From positions 16,740,001 to 16,804,000 of the forward strand of contig NC_043008.1 of NCBI RefSeq assembly GCF_006345805.1: a stretch of DNA of 64,000 bases. Direction: 5' to 3'. How positions within the stretch are numbered: position 1 is the stretch's first letter; every line of letters starts with the position of its first letter. The translations under genes and the position numbers were made by a program. The stretch is from Octopus sinensis. Taxonomy: Eukaryota. This document shows, in pieces, positions 40,021-54,604 of this stretch. Under the pieces are notes generated by a model that was not told where the DNA came from, made no database searches, and saw nothing but the letters and a program-made list of their open reading frames with translations.

Positions 40021-40696
40021 TGTGTGTGTGTGTGTGTTGTGTGTGTGTGACTCTGTGTGTTTGTTTGTGAGTGTTTTAGGCTGATTGTGTGTTTGTGCAT
40101 GCATGCATGAGTTTGTTCGTGTATTCCTACAGCACATGCGTATATAGAAGCGAGAGCATGCGAATAGCCACAGGTAATGTAGCAAGCATTTTCTGAATTC
40201 TGTATTCAGCTATTTTCGAAAAAAAGAAAAGTGGTGAGAATTATCAATACGATAATATGATTGGCGAAAACTGGAAGCTGCGAAACAATTTAGCTTTCCG
40301 TCTGAGATAAAAGATAAATATAGCTTAAACAAACACATACACTTAGTCACACCATCAGTCACGACACACAACACTTACGTATGCAGACACACAAGTTTGT
40401 GATTTCTTATCTATGCATGTATGAATGTGTGTGTATGGTGCAATGTAAGACCAAACGCCTTGAGGCTAGCCTGATGAAGTGCCATTCCAATATAATCAAC
40501 TGCACGTATTGCGTAAGATTTCACGTTAAATCTGTTTTCACGTGCAATGGTATCGGAAGAACCGGAGTGGTACACCGAAACAAGTGTTACTAATAATAAA
40601 TTTGTGATAAATATATTATTTGCCTTAATATGGTTGTGATCGTGTGTTTGGGCGTATGTGTAAATATACATACATGCGTGTATATGGTGTATGTAT

Positions 40697-40767
<71 letters not shown>

Positions 40768-41374
40768 ATATGTAATATATCACTTTCTATCTATCAATCT
40801 ATCTATCTGGCTATATATCTGTGTATATATATACAACTCTCTACCTATTTATTTGTCTCTCTGTATATGTATATATGTACACATATGTGTGTATGTGTAC
40901 CCATATGTGTGTGTGTCTATGTACGTATGTTTGCATATATAAATATGGTAGTGAGAAAAACAAAATAACTGATAATTCAATCCACGAACATGACTCCCAT
41001 GAGAGATGGATTTAAAGGACAATTGTAGATGATAGATTAAAATATATAAATGCAGATATTCTTTTAAAGTATTTTAGTAAATATATATATTAAAACTATA
41101 TATGTGTAAAGTAATAGAGTTTTAAAGAATCCCCGAATGCAGACATAAATACGTTAAAACATGCGTGTATAGGCAAAAATATTGGAGAAAGCCTGAAGTC
41201 GTGATGGAAACTAACTAATAGATATAATGAGGAAGTTAAAATTTGGAATAGTAAAATTAAAATAAGGTACCAACAGCAGCTTTGGGGGGTTCATGGCGGG
41301 AGCAAAATACAGAGATATTATACCCATTATATGGCAGTTTCTCCTTCTTCGGGAGGAATTATATATATATATAT

Positions 41375-41837
41375 ATATAATGGTTGTATACTGTCAACCT
41401 AACAAGAACGTGACAGTAGGGGGTACACCACCGTTATATAGCCCTAGGAGGCATCGAACGCCTCCTGACAGCTTCGACACATTTTATCCTGTGTCCTTAT
41501 ATACACATACGAAGGGGAGACAAACACCCCCAACCGCCGGAACTGCATCTAGGGACACCGTGTTTCAGGATCATTGTCCTTCATCGGCCTAGAGTAGCAG
41601 ACACCGGTCAGCTGGCGATATCTGTCTCGACTTCGTATTTGTATATATCTATAGTCAGCGAAGTCTATTCACTGATTATCAAAATAAGAAATATTGAGTT
41701 TCTAAATCTCTCGTAGAGAGGTGTACGGCGGAAGAGCGATATAATGGTTGTATACTGTCAATCTAACAAGAACGTGACAGTAGGGGGTACACCACCGTTA
41801 TATAGCCCTAGGAGGCATCGAACGCCTCCTGACAGCT
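41375..41837 (-). mobile_element. Retrozyme-like / Penelope pseudo-LTR partial tandem: 364-bp monomer plus 99-bp redundancy
   Basis: Direct repeats 41375-41473 and 41739-41837 (98/99 identical, period 364 bp); hammerhead on the minus strand in the unique part; minus-strand 3' end runs into (TA)n at 41360-41380. Confidence 0.75.
41543..41600 (-). ncRNA. Type I hammerhead ribozyme (U4C variant), predicted cleavage between 41554 and 41553
   Basis: UCUAGG-CCGAUGA-AGGA caauga UCCU-GAAA-CA cgg UG-UC|CCUAGA: 6-bp perfect stem I (extendable), 4-bp stem II, 3-bp stem III with a near-palindromic loop, GUC triplet. Confidence 0.8.
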
Positions 41838-42045
41838 GAGATTTAAAAAGTAGTAATTTTCTAATTGATAGATCAGTGACAAGTTGTCACTTTGAAAACT
41901 ATATATTTCGAACGGGAATTTGGCAGCGCTACCTCTAGCCGAACAAATATTATTTGTTAATGTAGGGAAATAACCAGGAAATCGCTATACACAGATATTG
42001 TTTTGAGCTGAGTGGGGTGATGAATTCCCTTGTTCGAAAATATAT

Positions 42046-42276
42046 ATTTCTTTACTATCCACAAGGGGCTAAACACAGAGGGGACAAACAAGGATAGACA
42101 AACGGATTAAGTCGATTATATCGACCCCAATACGCAACTGGTACTTAATTTATCGACCCCGAGAGGATGAAAGGCTAAGTCGACCTCGGCGGAATTTGAA
42201 CCCAGGACGTAGCGGTAGACGAAATACGGCTACGCATTTCGCCCGGCGTGCTAACGATTCTACCAGCTCGCCGCCT
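42046..42276 (-). mobile_element. SINE family 1 (full length)
   Basis: Reverse complement of 46847-47076 and of the 35.5-36.07 kb unit. Confidence 0.85.
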
Positions 42277-43665
42277 AAGGACACAGATCGTATCGTATAG
42301 ACAGCTGCAAACGATGTTTCCTGGGGCTAAATCACAGCAACGTTTGTCCTAAATTAGGACTGCCATGTTATGTCAGCAAACAATCTTTACTCCATACGTA
42401 TATGAGTTTGTGTACACACACACACACACACTTACTTATATAAGCATGTTTATAGAAATGACGTGTGACTGGTCACCAGAAGTTGCTGAAACAATTGTAA
42501 ACTATACAATAAGCGTACAATATCGTAATCTCTATTTTTCACTTGTTTTGCACTCGTTCGCGCACACACATATTTGTATTCACATATAACTATTCATATG
42601 TGTTTCTGTCTGTGTGAATACATATATATGATTATGAATATATTTTCTACGTTTCTATGAACATGTGTATGAATATGGAAACACTTACAGGCGCTCTTTC
42701 ATAATCACACAGTTACAGAACGACATTTATCTACACGTATACACACATCATTTCACCCATTTACTGCCATTTACCCTTTGTTACTCTTCACTATTCACCT
42801 TTTAACTTTTATATTGCTCAATATTTCTTGCTTTTCATTTTCTTTAAAACTTACCAGATCTAATCTTTAGGCTATACTTGCATATTTACTCATGAAACAA
42901 CGGAAATACAAAGAGAGAACATTAACAAATTTCTAATTTTTCCTTAGTATTTTTCTCACTCACTGACATATCAGTTTTATTATATAAAACAATTTCTTTG
43001 ATATCGAAACTAAAACATGTTTTTCTCTTTAATTGTTCAGTGTTTCTGTGTGCATTTCTATTATTTCCTGTATTTTATTTACAATATTAACGTTGAAACA
43101 ATTAGAAAAGAGATGAATTATATAATTGATGATGTATTATATTGCTGCAGGTTAGTGTTAGGAAAACTTGAATAGAAAAATGACAACGGAAGTCGTAATG
43201 GTATTTTTTTCTCCCTTTGAAATGAAGCATTTCACTGTTTCATATTTGCATTCAGTCACCCTCTCTTTTGCGTGCAGCCTCTCATAGATGACATACATAC
43301 ATACATACATACATACATACATACATACGTACATACATACATACGTACGTACATACATACATATATACGCACAGAAATACATGCACACAAACGTACATAT
43401 GTGAATTTGTGCGTACGTATGCATAATTAAAGAGTCGGTGAGAGAGAGAGGGGGAGATTTAAAACTACCTATTAATATATGTATACGTATAACTATACGA
43501 GAGAGGGGGAGAAATATTCAGAGGGAGAAGGTGAAAGAAGGAGAGAAAGAGTGTGTATATGTGCTCCTGTTTGGATATAGTTATGTGTGCGTGTGTATAT
43601 ACCTTTCTGTAGATATATATTGGTATGTAAGTTCTATATATATATACATATATATACATATATAT

Positions 43666-43705
<40 letters not shown>

Positions 43706-43788
43706 TATATATATAATATATATATATGTATGTATGTATTAGATATGGATATAGATATATATATGTATATATATATATGTATGTATAG

Positions 43789-43822
<34 letters not shown>

Positions 43823-44223
43823 ATATATATATATACGTATATATATATATATATATATATATGTATGCATATATGTATATGTATATATAGGTATGTATGT
43901 ATACATACATATATGAGTGAGGAAATGTAAAGAGCAACCTATCGGTTTTGCGACGCCTTTGTCACTTTTATGGTTTCTATGTCAGAATAAAACTCTCCAT
44001 TGTGTACGGCTCGTCGGTATTATTCGCATATCCAAGTGATTGAAATGCAAGTGACTGAAGTCTTAAGATCACGACCACACTAGTGGCGGTCAGGTGCACA
44101 CGCAAATAAAACATAGACAGGTGCATATAGAAACCTGAACAATACAGAAACACATACCTACACACAAACACACACAGACATATACACACATACACACATG
44201 AATGTTTAGGGGTGCAAATAGAA

Positions 44224-44268
<45 letters not shown>

Positions 44269-44502
44269 ATATATGTACATATGTATATAATATATATATA
44301 TGTATATGTGTGTGTGTATTTGTATATATATATGTACCTTTATTTATTTATTTATTTATTTATATGTACGTATGTCTCCTACTGTGGCCCCAGGCTGACC
44401 AAAATCTTCTGAGTGGAATTGATAATCGGTAGGCGATAAAAGCCTGTCGTAGATGAACAGGTATGTGTGCATGTGTGTTCATATGTATGTGTGTATATTG
44501 TT

Positions 44503-44564
<62 letters not shown>

Positions 44565-46846
44565 CATTATTATTATAATTATTATTAGGTAGAAAGACTG
44601 AATATATATAGATGTGAATTTACACATTTTATAATTTATCTTTAAATTTCTGCAATATAATATATTTACCTATTTGCCAGGATATATAAGCTGGTTTTCT
44701 GGCATTCCTTGCATAAATGTAGAAAATAGAATATTAAAGAATTAATGGAGAGTGTCCAGTTGCTTCCAAAATTTAATCTCGTCATTGAAATGAACTGTAA
44801 TGATTCTGTTATGGGGTGGTAAATCTTGAGTTTCTCCGTGAATTCTTTCAAATAATTAAACGCGTACATCTGCGAAGTGAGTTGAAATCTAATTAGTGTT
44901 GAATTTTATATTTTGTGGTTCTGGGTTTGATATAAAGAAAACTAGTGTGATTTAATTGATTGTTTTACCACCTTCAGTGCTGATCTCATGTCAAGAAATC
45001 ATTATCATCATACTTGAGACCGAGAAGAGAAACGAAAATATAGCGTGAAAAATACGAAAGTGAAAGTAAACGAAGAAACCAAAATAATCATGACAACCTG
45101 AAAACTCAGAAGATCAGAGTACAGATAAATTTAGGAAGAAATAATGCTAGTAAAAAGTAGAGACTGGTGGCTTAATGTTCCTATTTTCTCAAGTATTATA
45201 GATAAATTCAAGTCAGTATTTAATGACGAGGAAAAGAATTACATTTATAACTTGGCCGTCCAAATAAAACCGTAGCAGCGCAACACCTTTATGAAAATAG
45301 AAATGTTGGTATTTTAGGACAGATCAAATCATACAGTAAACTATCGATTTTCACTATTTATCCTTATTTAATTCTAAATATATAGTAATGTCGCTTTTTA
45401 AAACTACTGTTCAATAAACCAACCCTGAACCAAAACGAATACAATTAAATAACATAATCAAATATACGGAGATACCTTTCATTCATCAGTATAAGCTGTA
45501 TCCTGCAGGCATTTAATGCAATTCTCTTTGATTTCCTGACATGTTACTAGTGAAATGAAAGTGCTTATTTTCTGAAAATAGGGTCTCTAAACATCTTAAT
45601 TTTAGAGAGAGCTTATATACAATGAATCAAAACTTCTTGAAACTGTTTATGACTCTTCATTTCTGTGAATTTTATTTTATTTTCTTCTCCTGTTTGTCTG
45701 TTTTCAACAAATAATACTTGAATGTTACTAACATGTCCAACTTTCAAATTAGAATATTTTCTGCAGTCAAAGTTGAAAATACGAGCCTCAACAGTCAATT
45801 AGAGACAGTATAGTTAACTCTTAAATTATCCCCAGTGTATGAGTGGTTGCCTTAATTAGGTCCGAGACAAAATGGTCGAATAGATATTATAGCTATGTTG
45901 CTTTCATTTTCGAACTCTAAAGTTAGTTGTTATTTATACCAAATCGAGTTGATAATTACTGAGTGACAATTGATTATCATTTCCATTATAGAACTGCTGT
46001 GTTTACATATTTTCATTAAGTATTATCACACTAAATTCTGTAGCTAGATAAGGAAAACAGGTCTTTCCCCTAGTGATGGGTTATGAACAATGAAAATAAA
46101 CGCCGATTATATAAGTATAGTGTTAAGGAGTCCATATCATTGGAAGAACCACGTCTTACGAAGTCATGTCATTCTGGAAGTAATGAACGAATTGAGACCC
46201 TATGTTGTCGGCCAACGCATAAAGGTCACTATCATCAAGTGATAAGCGTAAACAATATTTATTGTTCATAACCGAAAGGGAAAAAAAGGATCGTTATTGC
46301 TAAAACATGTGTGATTCTAGTTCAGTTTGATGTGTGTTAATTTCTGCTTAAACAACGAAACTAACAACAAATTAGAAGGTAGGCTGACGTGACTAAATGT
46401 TGAACACATTTTATTCCATTACTTGTCATTTCATTGTATTAAAGTCTTGAATTACTTCGGCAATAAGTAAAAGAAACCAAATTGGTTGACACCTAGATTT
46501 TTAATGCATTTCGACATTATATGAGATTAAATTTGACAAGCATATATACAATTTTTCCCTTGCCAATTTCATTAAATTTCTATTTGGAGATTAGAGATTG
46601 TGTGTTTTCTCTTAATGAGGATGATTTTAAACTGTCAATCAAGGTCTGGTGTCGATAAAAAATATATAAACTAAAACGTGTTTATATAGAGTGGGGCTGT
46701 TTAGGTGCAGGCATGACTCCAGGTTTAAGTAATTGGCTCCGGAAATACGTTGGTTTAAGGCTTAGTAATATTAAGCGGCAGACTAGGCAATGGCCCTACT
46801 ATATCCTGGATCATTAATTCCATGTGACAGAATTTAGTAGACAAGA

Positions 46847-47076
46847 GGCGGCGAACTGGCAGAAATGATAGCATGCCAGGCGAAAAGCTTTGCGGTGTTT
46901 CGTCTGTCTTTACGTTCTTGGTTCAAATTCCGCCGAGGTCGACTTTGACTTTCATCCTTTTGCGGTCGATAAATTATGGACCAGTTACGCACTGGGGTCG
47001 TTATAATCGACTTAATCCGTTTGTCTGTCCTTGTTTGTCCTCTGTGTGTTTAGACCCTTGTATGTAGTTAAGAAAT
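46847..47076 (+). mobile_element. SINE family 1 (full length)
   Basis: GGCGGCGAACTGGCAGAAA head, GGTTCAAATTCC B-box, core and GTTTGTC..TTTAG.CCCTTG tail. Confidence 0.85.
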
Positions 47077-48061
47077 ATAATTTATTAGACAAAATATGCG
47101 AAAGAACATCGTACACGCAAGCGTATGTGTGAGTGTGTTGTATATACCTCTCCCTTCTTCATAAGAAGATTTGTTTTCTTCACTTCATAGTGACCTAGAG
47201 ATTGGCGAAATGAGACGATTGTAAACGTACTATATTTTAGAAAAACATTTGAGCCGGGTTCATCGACTTAGCCCCATCAAGGAATAGTCTTTGCAGTTCT
47301 CCTCATCTTCGACGACAAAACAAACACGCGCACACACATACTACACAAGAGACACACACAGATTTAACTCATAATTGCTCCAAATAACTAATACCTTTTA
47401 AACAGTGTCACTTCCCTTTCACTTTACACCCCGCGGGGTAAGGAAAAACACTATCTCGTCTCCTAAGCTGTAAATGAAAATATTTTTTTCTCGTCTCAAA
47501 CTCACGAATATTTGGCAAATTTTGGTTATACATGCATAGAACAATCTACATGAGCCTGTATAGCTACTTAAATTGAAATACATTCAATCACTTTTCTATG
47601 AACAATGGATATTTTTCTTCCACAATTCTTCATTCTCTCACTTACACTTCCCTGCATCCATCTTTCCCCGACCCTCGCTATACGAATTGAATGTGAATTT
47701 TCTTTAAGTTGCATTATTTGTATGAGCTACTTCTGCTTAGATTATTTTGATTTACTTTTATTTTTATGTTCTATCTAAGCCAGGTAAATCAACTTTGATT
47801 GCTCTCCATGGCTCTGCAAGGTCATAAGTTAGTACAAGGCAGCTTCTTAATAGTACGACTTTGCATTTATCGAACAAAAGTTGATTCACAAAAGCCACCA
47901 TCTGCCAAAATACTCTCGCGGTAATAGTGGCAATAATAATTGTTTTCCTCTTCAGAATATCAATAAAATGTACACACAAGAAAATTTTATAAGTATTTTT
48001 CTGTCTCCATGCATAAATTTATCTGTGTCTAGAAAAATCAATCAACCTATTTATTTGTCCA

Positions 48062-48310
<249 letters not shown>

Positions 48311-48578
48311 ATCTCTCTCTTTGTCTGTCTATCTATTTATCTATGTATATGTGTGTCTGTCTATCTGTCAACTTATCTACGCATTTAATTCTCTATAAAC
48401 ATCAATACCTATCTACGTTCCTATCTATCAATCTAACAATCTGTATCTGAAGACATGTAAGGATACATAAACTTTCTACAAAGACACACACATATGTATA
48501 TGGATATATATATATATATATATATATACATACATACATATATACTTATATATACATATATATATATACATATATTTG

Positions 48579-48616
<38 letters not shown>

Positions 48617-49336
48617 TATACAGGTAAATATGTAAGTATTTAGGTCTGTTTGTATGTATGCTTCTCCGTGGCTCACTATTCTTCTATATCACGCTGCTAC
48701 TCGAACATGTTTTCCTACATAATGCATGTATATGTATGTACTGTTTTTATGTTTACATACATTCTTAAGATACATGGTTGTGCGTATGATCGTGTGTCCG
48801 CTTACCTATATGCATAAATGTGTGTATGAAGGTCTGTGAAAGTATGTGTGTGTATGTGTGTACAGGTGTGTGTAGGTGTATGTTGATACATGAGCTTAAA
48901 CTGAATTATTGTTCACGAAGGAGAAATAATTTCCTGTGGTAAAGCAGCTAATGTATTAAAAACATGGCAGAAAATAACAAAAGAAAGAAACGGCAATATT
49001 ATCAATAACAGAATAAATAGCCAATGAATTTATAATTAATTGAACGAATACTTCCATATAAAAAGATTCATAGGTAAGATCTTTGCAATTCAACCTTGTT
49101 GTTTAGGCATGACCTACTTGTTTTCTGTCGCACCAATGTATGTATATGTGTAAGTGTGTGTGTATCCATGCATATATACTTGCACAAACACACACCCATA
49201 CACACACACACAGATATAGGTTTATGTGTGCATATAAAGTAAGTGACAGAGATAAACAGGCACAGATTAGATGGTGATCAGATAAATTGATTTACACAGA
49301 CATGCATAGATGCTAGATAGATAGATAGATATATAC

Positions 49337-49457
<121 letters not shown>

Positions 49458-49819
49458 GTAGCGCTAAGTACAAACCTGTACAAATAAAATAAAATAAAAT
49501 AAAAACTTGTTACTAGTTCAAATATGTTTGTGACGTATACGAACCAGTGAGGCAGCCGTTTACATAGTTTTGCCAGAAGGAAAACTTCACATGTTTTTTC
49601 TCTAGCGAGAAGTTATCTTCATGACGGAATGCATTGGGTGGCTTTCTTATCTGTTCCAATACAACTCTGTCATATGTGAAGCAGTCACAAATTTATATTA
49701 GACAGATTGATGAAAATTATAGTTAGATAGGTAGTCAGATAGATGTAGATATATAGACAGACACTAAGCCATGCGCGCGGATACGCAAACACACATGACA
49801 CTCACACACTCACACATGC

Positions 49820-49910
49820 ACTCACACATAAATTACCAAGATGTAGCCCGGTGGGATTGAACACGAAGCCAAGTAGTTGGGAAGGAAAATTCGTACCACG
49901 CAGCCACCCT
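49820..49910 (-). mobile_element. SINE family 2 head fragment
   Basis: Minus strand GGGTGGCTGCGTGGTA..GTGTTCAATCCC. Confidence 0.55.
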
Positions 49911-49996
49911 TCTGGCAATATATATGTGTGTGTGTGTGTATGTGTTAGTGTGCGTGGGTGTGTGTGTGTGTGCCCGTTCACACACATACACATACG

Positions 49997-50096
49997 NNNN
50001 NNNNNNNNNNNNNNNNNNNNNNNNNNNNNNNNNNNNNNNNNNNNNNNNNNNNNNNNNNNNNNNNNNNNNNNNNNNNNNNNNNNNNNNNNNNNNNNN
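49997..50096. other. Assembly gap (100 N)
   Basis: Run of exactly 100 N; true gap size and adjacency unknown. Confidence 0.99.
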
Positions 50097-50169
50097 TATG
50101 ATGTTATACATATTATCACGCCCTCCTTCCGTCATATCGATATTGCCTAAATAAGTCAATGCAGAGTAA

Positions 50170-50280
50170 CCTGAAGTGAAGTGTTCTGTCGAAGAGCACA
50201 TTGCACCATCCGTCCAGGAGTTGAAACTACGATCTCTTGTGCCTCAATTCAAGATCCTAGCCATTACGCCATACACACTA
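50170..50280 (-). mobile_element. Degenerate tRNA-headed SINE fragment (related to 61385-61546)
   Basis: Minus strand TGGCGTAATGG..GTAGTTTCAACTCCTGGAC..GTGCTCTT. Confidence 0.5.
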
Positions 50281-50567
50281 GTTCATATGTGCGTACGCGT
50301 ATATACATATATATATATAAGTTCAGCAAAAATTTAGATTCAGATGAATATGTTACTTAAGTGAAAGGCACTACTTTATAATATTGGCAAATGAAATATC
50401 GATGTGCACTGTTCGTTTGATTGCAAAACTCTATAAGTGGCTGAAGATTGCTCGACTTTTAAAACTGATGTAATACTTACAGTGTTTAATAAAATGAAGT
50501 AGCGTGAAACAATAGTACTACTCTACCTTGGATATACTTGTTGCTTATTTTGATTATATATATATAT

Positions 50568-50598
<31 letters not shown>

Positions 50599-50661
50599 TA
50601 GATATATATATAATAGATAGATAGACTAGCATAGATATAAGATAGATGATGATAGATATAT

Positions 50662-50714
<53 letters not shown>

Positions 50715-50724
50715 CCGATCATAG

Positions 50725-50755
<31 letters not shown>

Positions 50756-51167
50756 AGATATATACAAACATATATATACGTGTATATATCATATATATGT
50801 ATAAAAACTACATAACCTGCAAAGATATTAGTAGACACAGACAATGATCTACAGCTCTCCTTTGAGGTATTAAATTTCGTATTATTTTAATTATGTACGA
50901 CGGTCATTCTGGACTACGCTACGCAGATATAACCATGATAAAATATACGGTCACATTGGATGTAAATCAGTCTAGCATTATATTGTCTCATGGAATAAAT
51001 TCTATAGTTATCCTTTGGCTGAAAACAATCCTGGCCATAATAAGATGACCATTGATTGGAACTATTGGTAATTTTATTTTATTTGGTCTTCCTTCAATTC
51101 TGTCTCGAGAAGATGGATATTTATCGCTGCAGACTATAAAACACAGACCTGATTTTAACTTCATGAA

Positions 51168-51169
<2 letters not shown>

Positions 51170-51247
<78 letters not shown>

Positions 51248-51760
51248 TATACATATATATATATATATATGTATATATATATGTATATATATCTATATAT
51301 ATTATACTATATATATTATATATTATGTGTATATATATATATATCTATATATATATATATATATATATCTATATATATGTTATATATATATATACGTATA
51401 TATATATATATGTAAGCATATATTGTATATATATAACTATCTATATATACATACTATAAATAATAGGATATATATATATATGTGTATATATATATATTAT
51501 ATATATATATGTATATAATCTAACATATATATATATGTAAGCATCTATATGTATAATATCACTATATATATATATACATATATATAATATATATATATAC
51601 ACATAATACATACATATATATATACATATATATATACATATTATATGTAGGTAGGTAGATATATATACATATATATATATACACAGATATATATATATAT
51701 GTATATGTATATATATATATATGTGTGTATATATATGTGTATATATATAATATGAATTGA
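51170..51760. repeat. Long degenerate (TA)n tract
   Basis: Direct reading. Confidence 0.95.
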
Positions 51761-52471
51761 GAGGATATATAAACAGGTAGACAAATTTATATATATATAC
51801 ACCTACTTACACATATAGTTATATTTATATGTATATACACACATAGAACCACACGCACATATACATGTGTTTGTATGAATGTATACGCAACAATATGAAC
51901 TTGTGTTTATGAACGTTACAAACAAGATTTAATTTGATAAAAGATCAATACGCCAGTTCCATATTTAGGGCAAAACTGATTCTGTTCCACTATCAAAAGA
52001 AATATATGAAACAGAAATATACTTTTGATCAAAGCGCTTCACTCAACTACGAAATGCATCCTCCGGTACGAAGTACTAGATATAACATGTTCTTATATCT
52101 AGTTATACTTTGATTCTATTTTGTATTTTATCGTTTTTGCTATTTTTCCCTTTCATTTTCATACCAAGATTATGAACAATGAATAAGAATGTAGTTGTAG
52201 AGATAGTATAAGTCAGACTGTGAAGAGAGAGAAAACACGTTCATGTATGTCTATACTGGTTTCTAATGGAATAATGTCTCTGAAAGAGACACCATATATT
52301 GAGGCGCTGTCTCTCTCTTTCTCTCTCTCTCTCTTTCTATCTCTCTTTCTCTCTCTCTCTGCATTTCTGTCTCAATCTCTCTCTCATTCTCTCTATCACT
52401 CACAGGCAGATCCACATTCATACACACCTATAGATACACACCACACAGCTGCGTATATATATACATAGATA

Positions 52472-52505
<34 letters not shown>

Positions 52506-52569
52506 CTGTGTGGTGTGTGTATGTGTGTGCAAGTGTGTATATATATATATATGTATGTATGTATGTATG

Positions 52570-52615
<46 letters not shown>

Positions 52616-53455
52616 ACCTGTGTTGTAAGTGTACGTATACCTAAATACACATATATCTATAAATATATGTATATATAGGTTTAAGTATATATTGTCAAAG
52701 AATGACCATCCCAAAGTATAACAATATATATATAATTATATTATATATATGCGTGTGTGTTTATGTGTATGTGTGGGCATGTGTCTGTATGTGTGTATGT
52801 GCGTGTATAGCTTACATGTTCCTAGTCTATATGTTTCGCTCTGCCAATTTATACCTTCGACTTGAATCCTACTGCGCCATTATTTGGTGCAGTATATTCT
52901 AATATAGTTTTCTTATGCAGTTTTCCATAAATATATATATACATACATACGTACATATATACATACATGCATACAAACGCACATGCTTACATACATCCAT
53001 TCATATATACTGTATTGAAAGATCGGTAAATATAAACCTCCTGATGAGCACTTATTAGTAAGATCCTGGCATTCGTAATATCTCAGTAACCAAGGACGGG
53101 CGATTACATAGAAAAAGAAGCAAAGAAAAATACATATATAATGAAGCACTTCGCCAATCCTAGGTATGATCCAGTAGGCATATTATAAGCTTCTCAGAGT
53201 GAATAACTGTTTATTTGAGGAGGAGAAAACTCAAAGCGATGCTACGATCCTTTCTGGAAACAAACGCCGTTTGTTCCATAACATAATTTGTGCAATATTT
53301 TTAAACGACAAATATATTTCTGCCAACGAGCGAGCAATATATTCGGTGTTCTTATTAGCTAATGCTGGGATGAGACCCATCTGCATCTGATATATTTATT
53401 TATCTATCTATCTATTTACATAAACACAGACAATACACACCACACACATATATAT

Positions 53456-53486
<31 letters not shown>

Positions 53487-53504
53487 ATATATATATATAT
53501 ATAT

Positions 53505-53556
53505 GTTTGTACTCCACCTGCCTTCGTCTTTTGTTTATTTTCGTAAAACTTCTCGT

Positions 53557-53589
<33 letters not shown>

Positions 53590-53870
53590 ATATACACAGT
53601 AATATGGATGCTTGTATATATGCATTATGTTCGTCTGCGTTATGTACGTACGTATGTATGTACTTGTACGCCTGTGTTAATTCCCCACCATCGCTTGACA
53701 ACCGATCTTGGTGTACTTTCTTTCACTTTATCCAGGAGTTCGACGAAAGAGGACGATAGAATAAGTACTAGGCTTCCAAAGAATAAGTCCTGGGGGCGAT
53801 TTGTTACACTAAAGGCGGTACTCCAGCATGGCCGCAGTCAAATGATGGAAGCAAGTAAAAGAATGAAAGA
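53505..53870 (+). mobile_element. Penelope-like terminal 53 bp (53505-53557), (TA)n, then SINE family 2 3' half (53671-53870)
   Basis: CCACCTGCCTTCGTCTTTTGTTTATTTTC identical to 4610-4640; SINE tail homologous to 4910-5100. Confidence 0.75.
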
Positions 53871-54294
53871 ATATATATAGTATATAAATGCTTTCGTTTT
53901 TCAACAAATTTTCCATTTTACAAATATCGTAATCTTCCTCGGCGTAAGGTGTTATCGAATTTCTTTTAATGACGAAGTAGGCTTTATTAGATTTCTTCAA
54001 GATACACCCATAATTGCATGTATTTACATGCACATATACTTATTTATAGACTCACACAGGCTTACACACATGTTGGTTTAGAACTTTCAAATTACGAAGC
54101 ATTAAATGTTACATACTCCATCGCAGACAATCTAATGGAAATTACTCTTATGATATATCTACTCAGCACACAATCACTCTTATATAATCTTAAGCAGTTA
54201 TTTAGAGTATTATTTTTCCGATACGTTATCAATAACATTGCATTTTATCATTATATTATATATTATATTTATATTTATATTATATTATATCATA

Positions 54295-54325
<31 letters not shown>

Positions 54326-54366
54326 CCCTACATAATATGATGATAATTGACTTCAAAGAACTAATG

Positions 54367-54431
<65 letters not shown>

Positions 54432-54564
54432 TATATTATATATAAACATCATATCATTGGCAGTGTCTTAGAAGTTTCGGTCAACTAATCCATCGTTGGT
54501 CACATTGCAAAAGTATAAATTAACGCATCTGATTCATACATATATATATATATGTGTGTTGTGT

Positions 54565-54604
<40 letters not shown>

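Noticed and set aside
49997-50096. Any structure spanning the N run
   Set aside because: Scaffold gap; distances and adjacency across it are unreliable.
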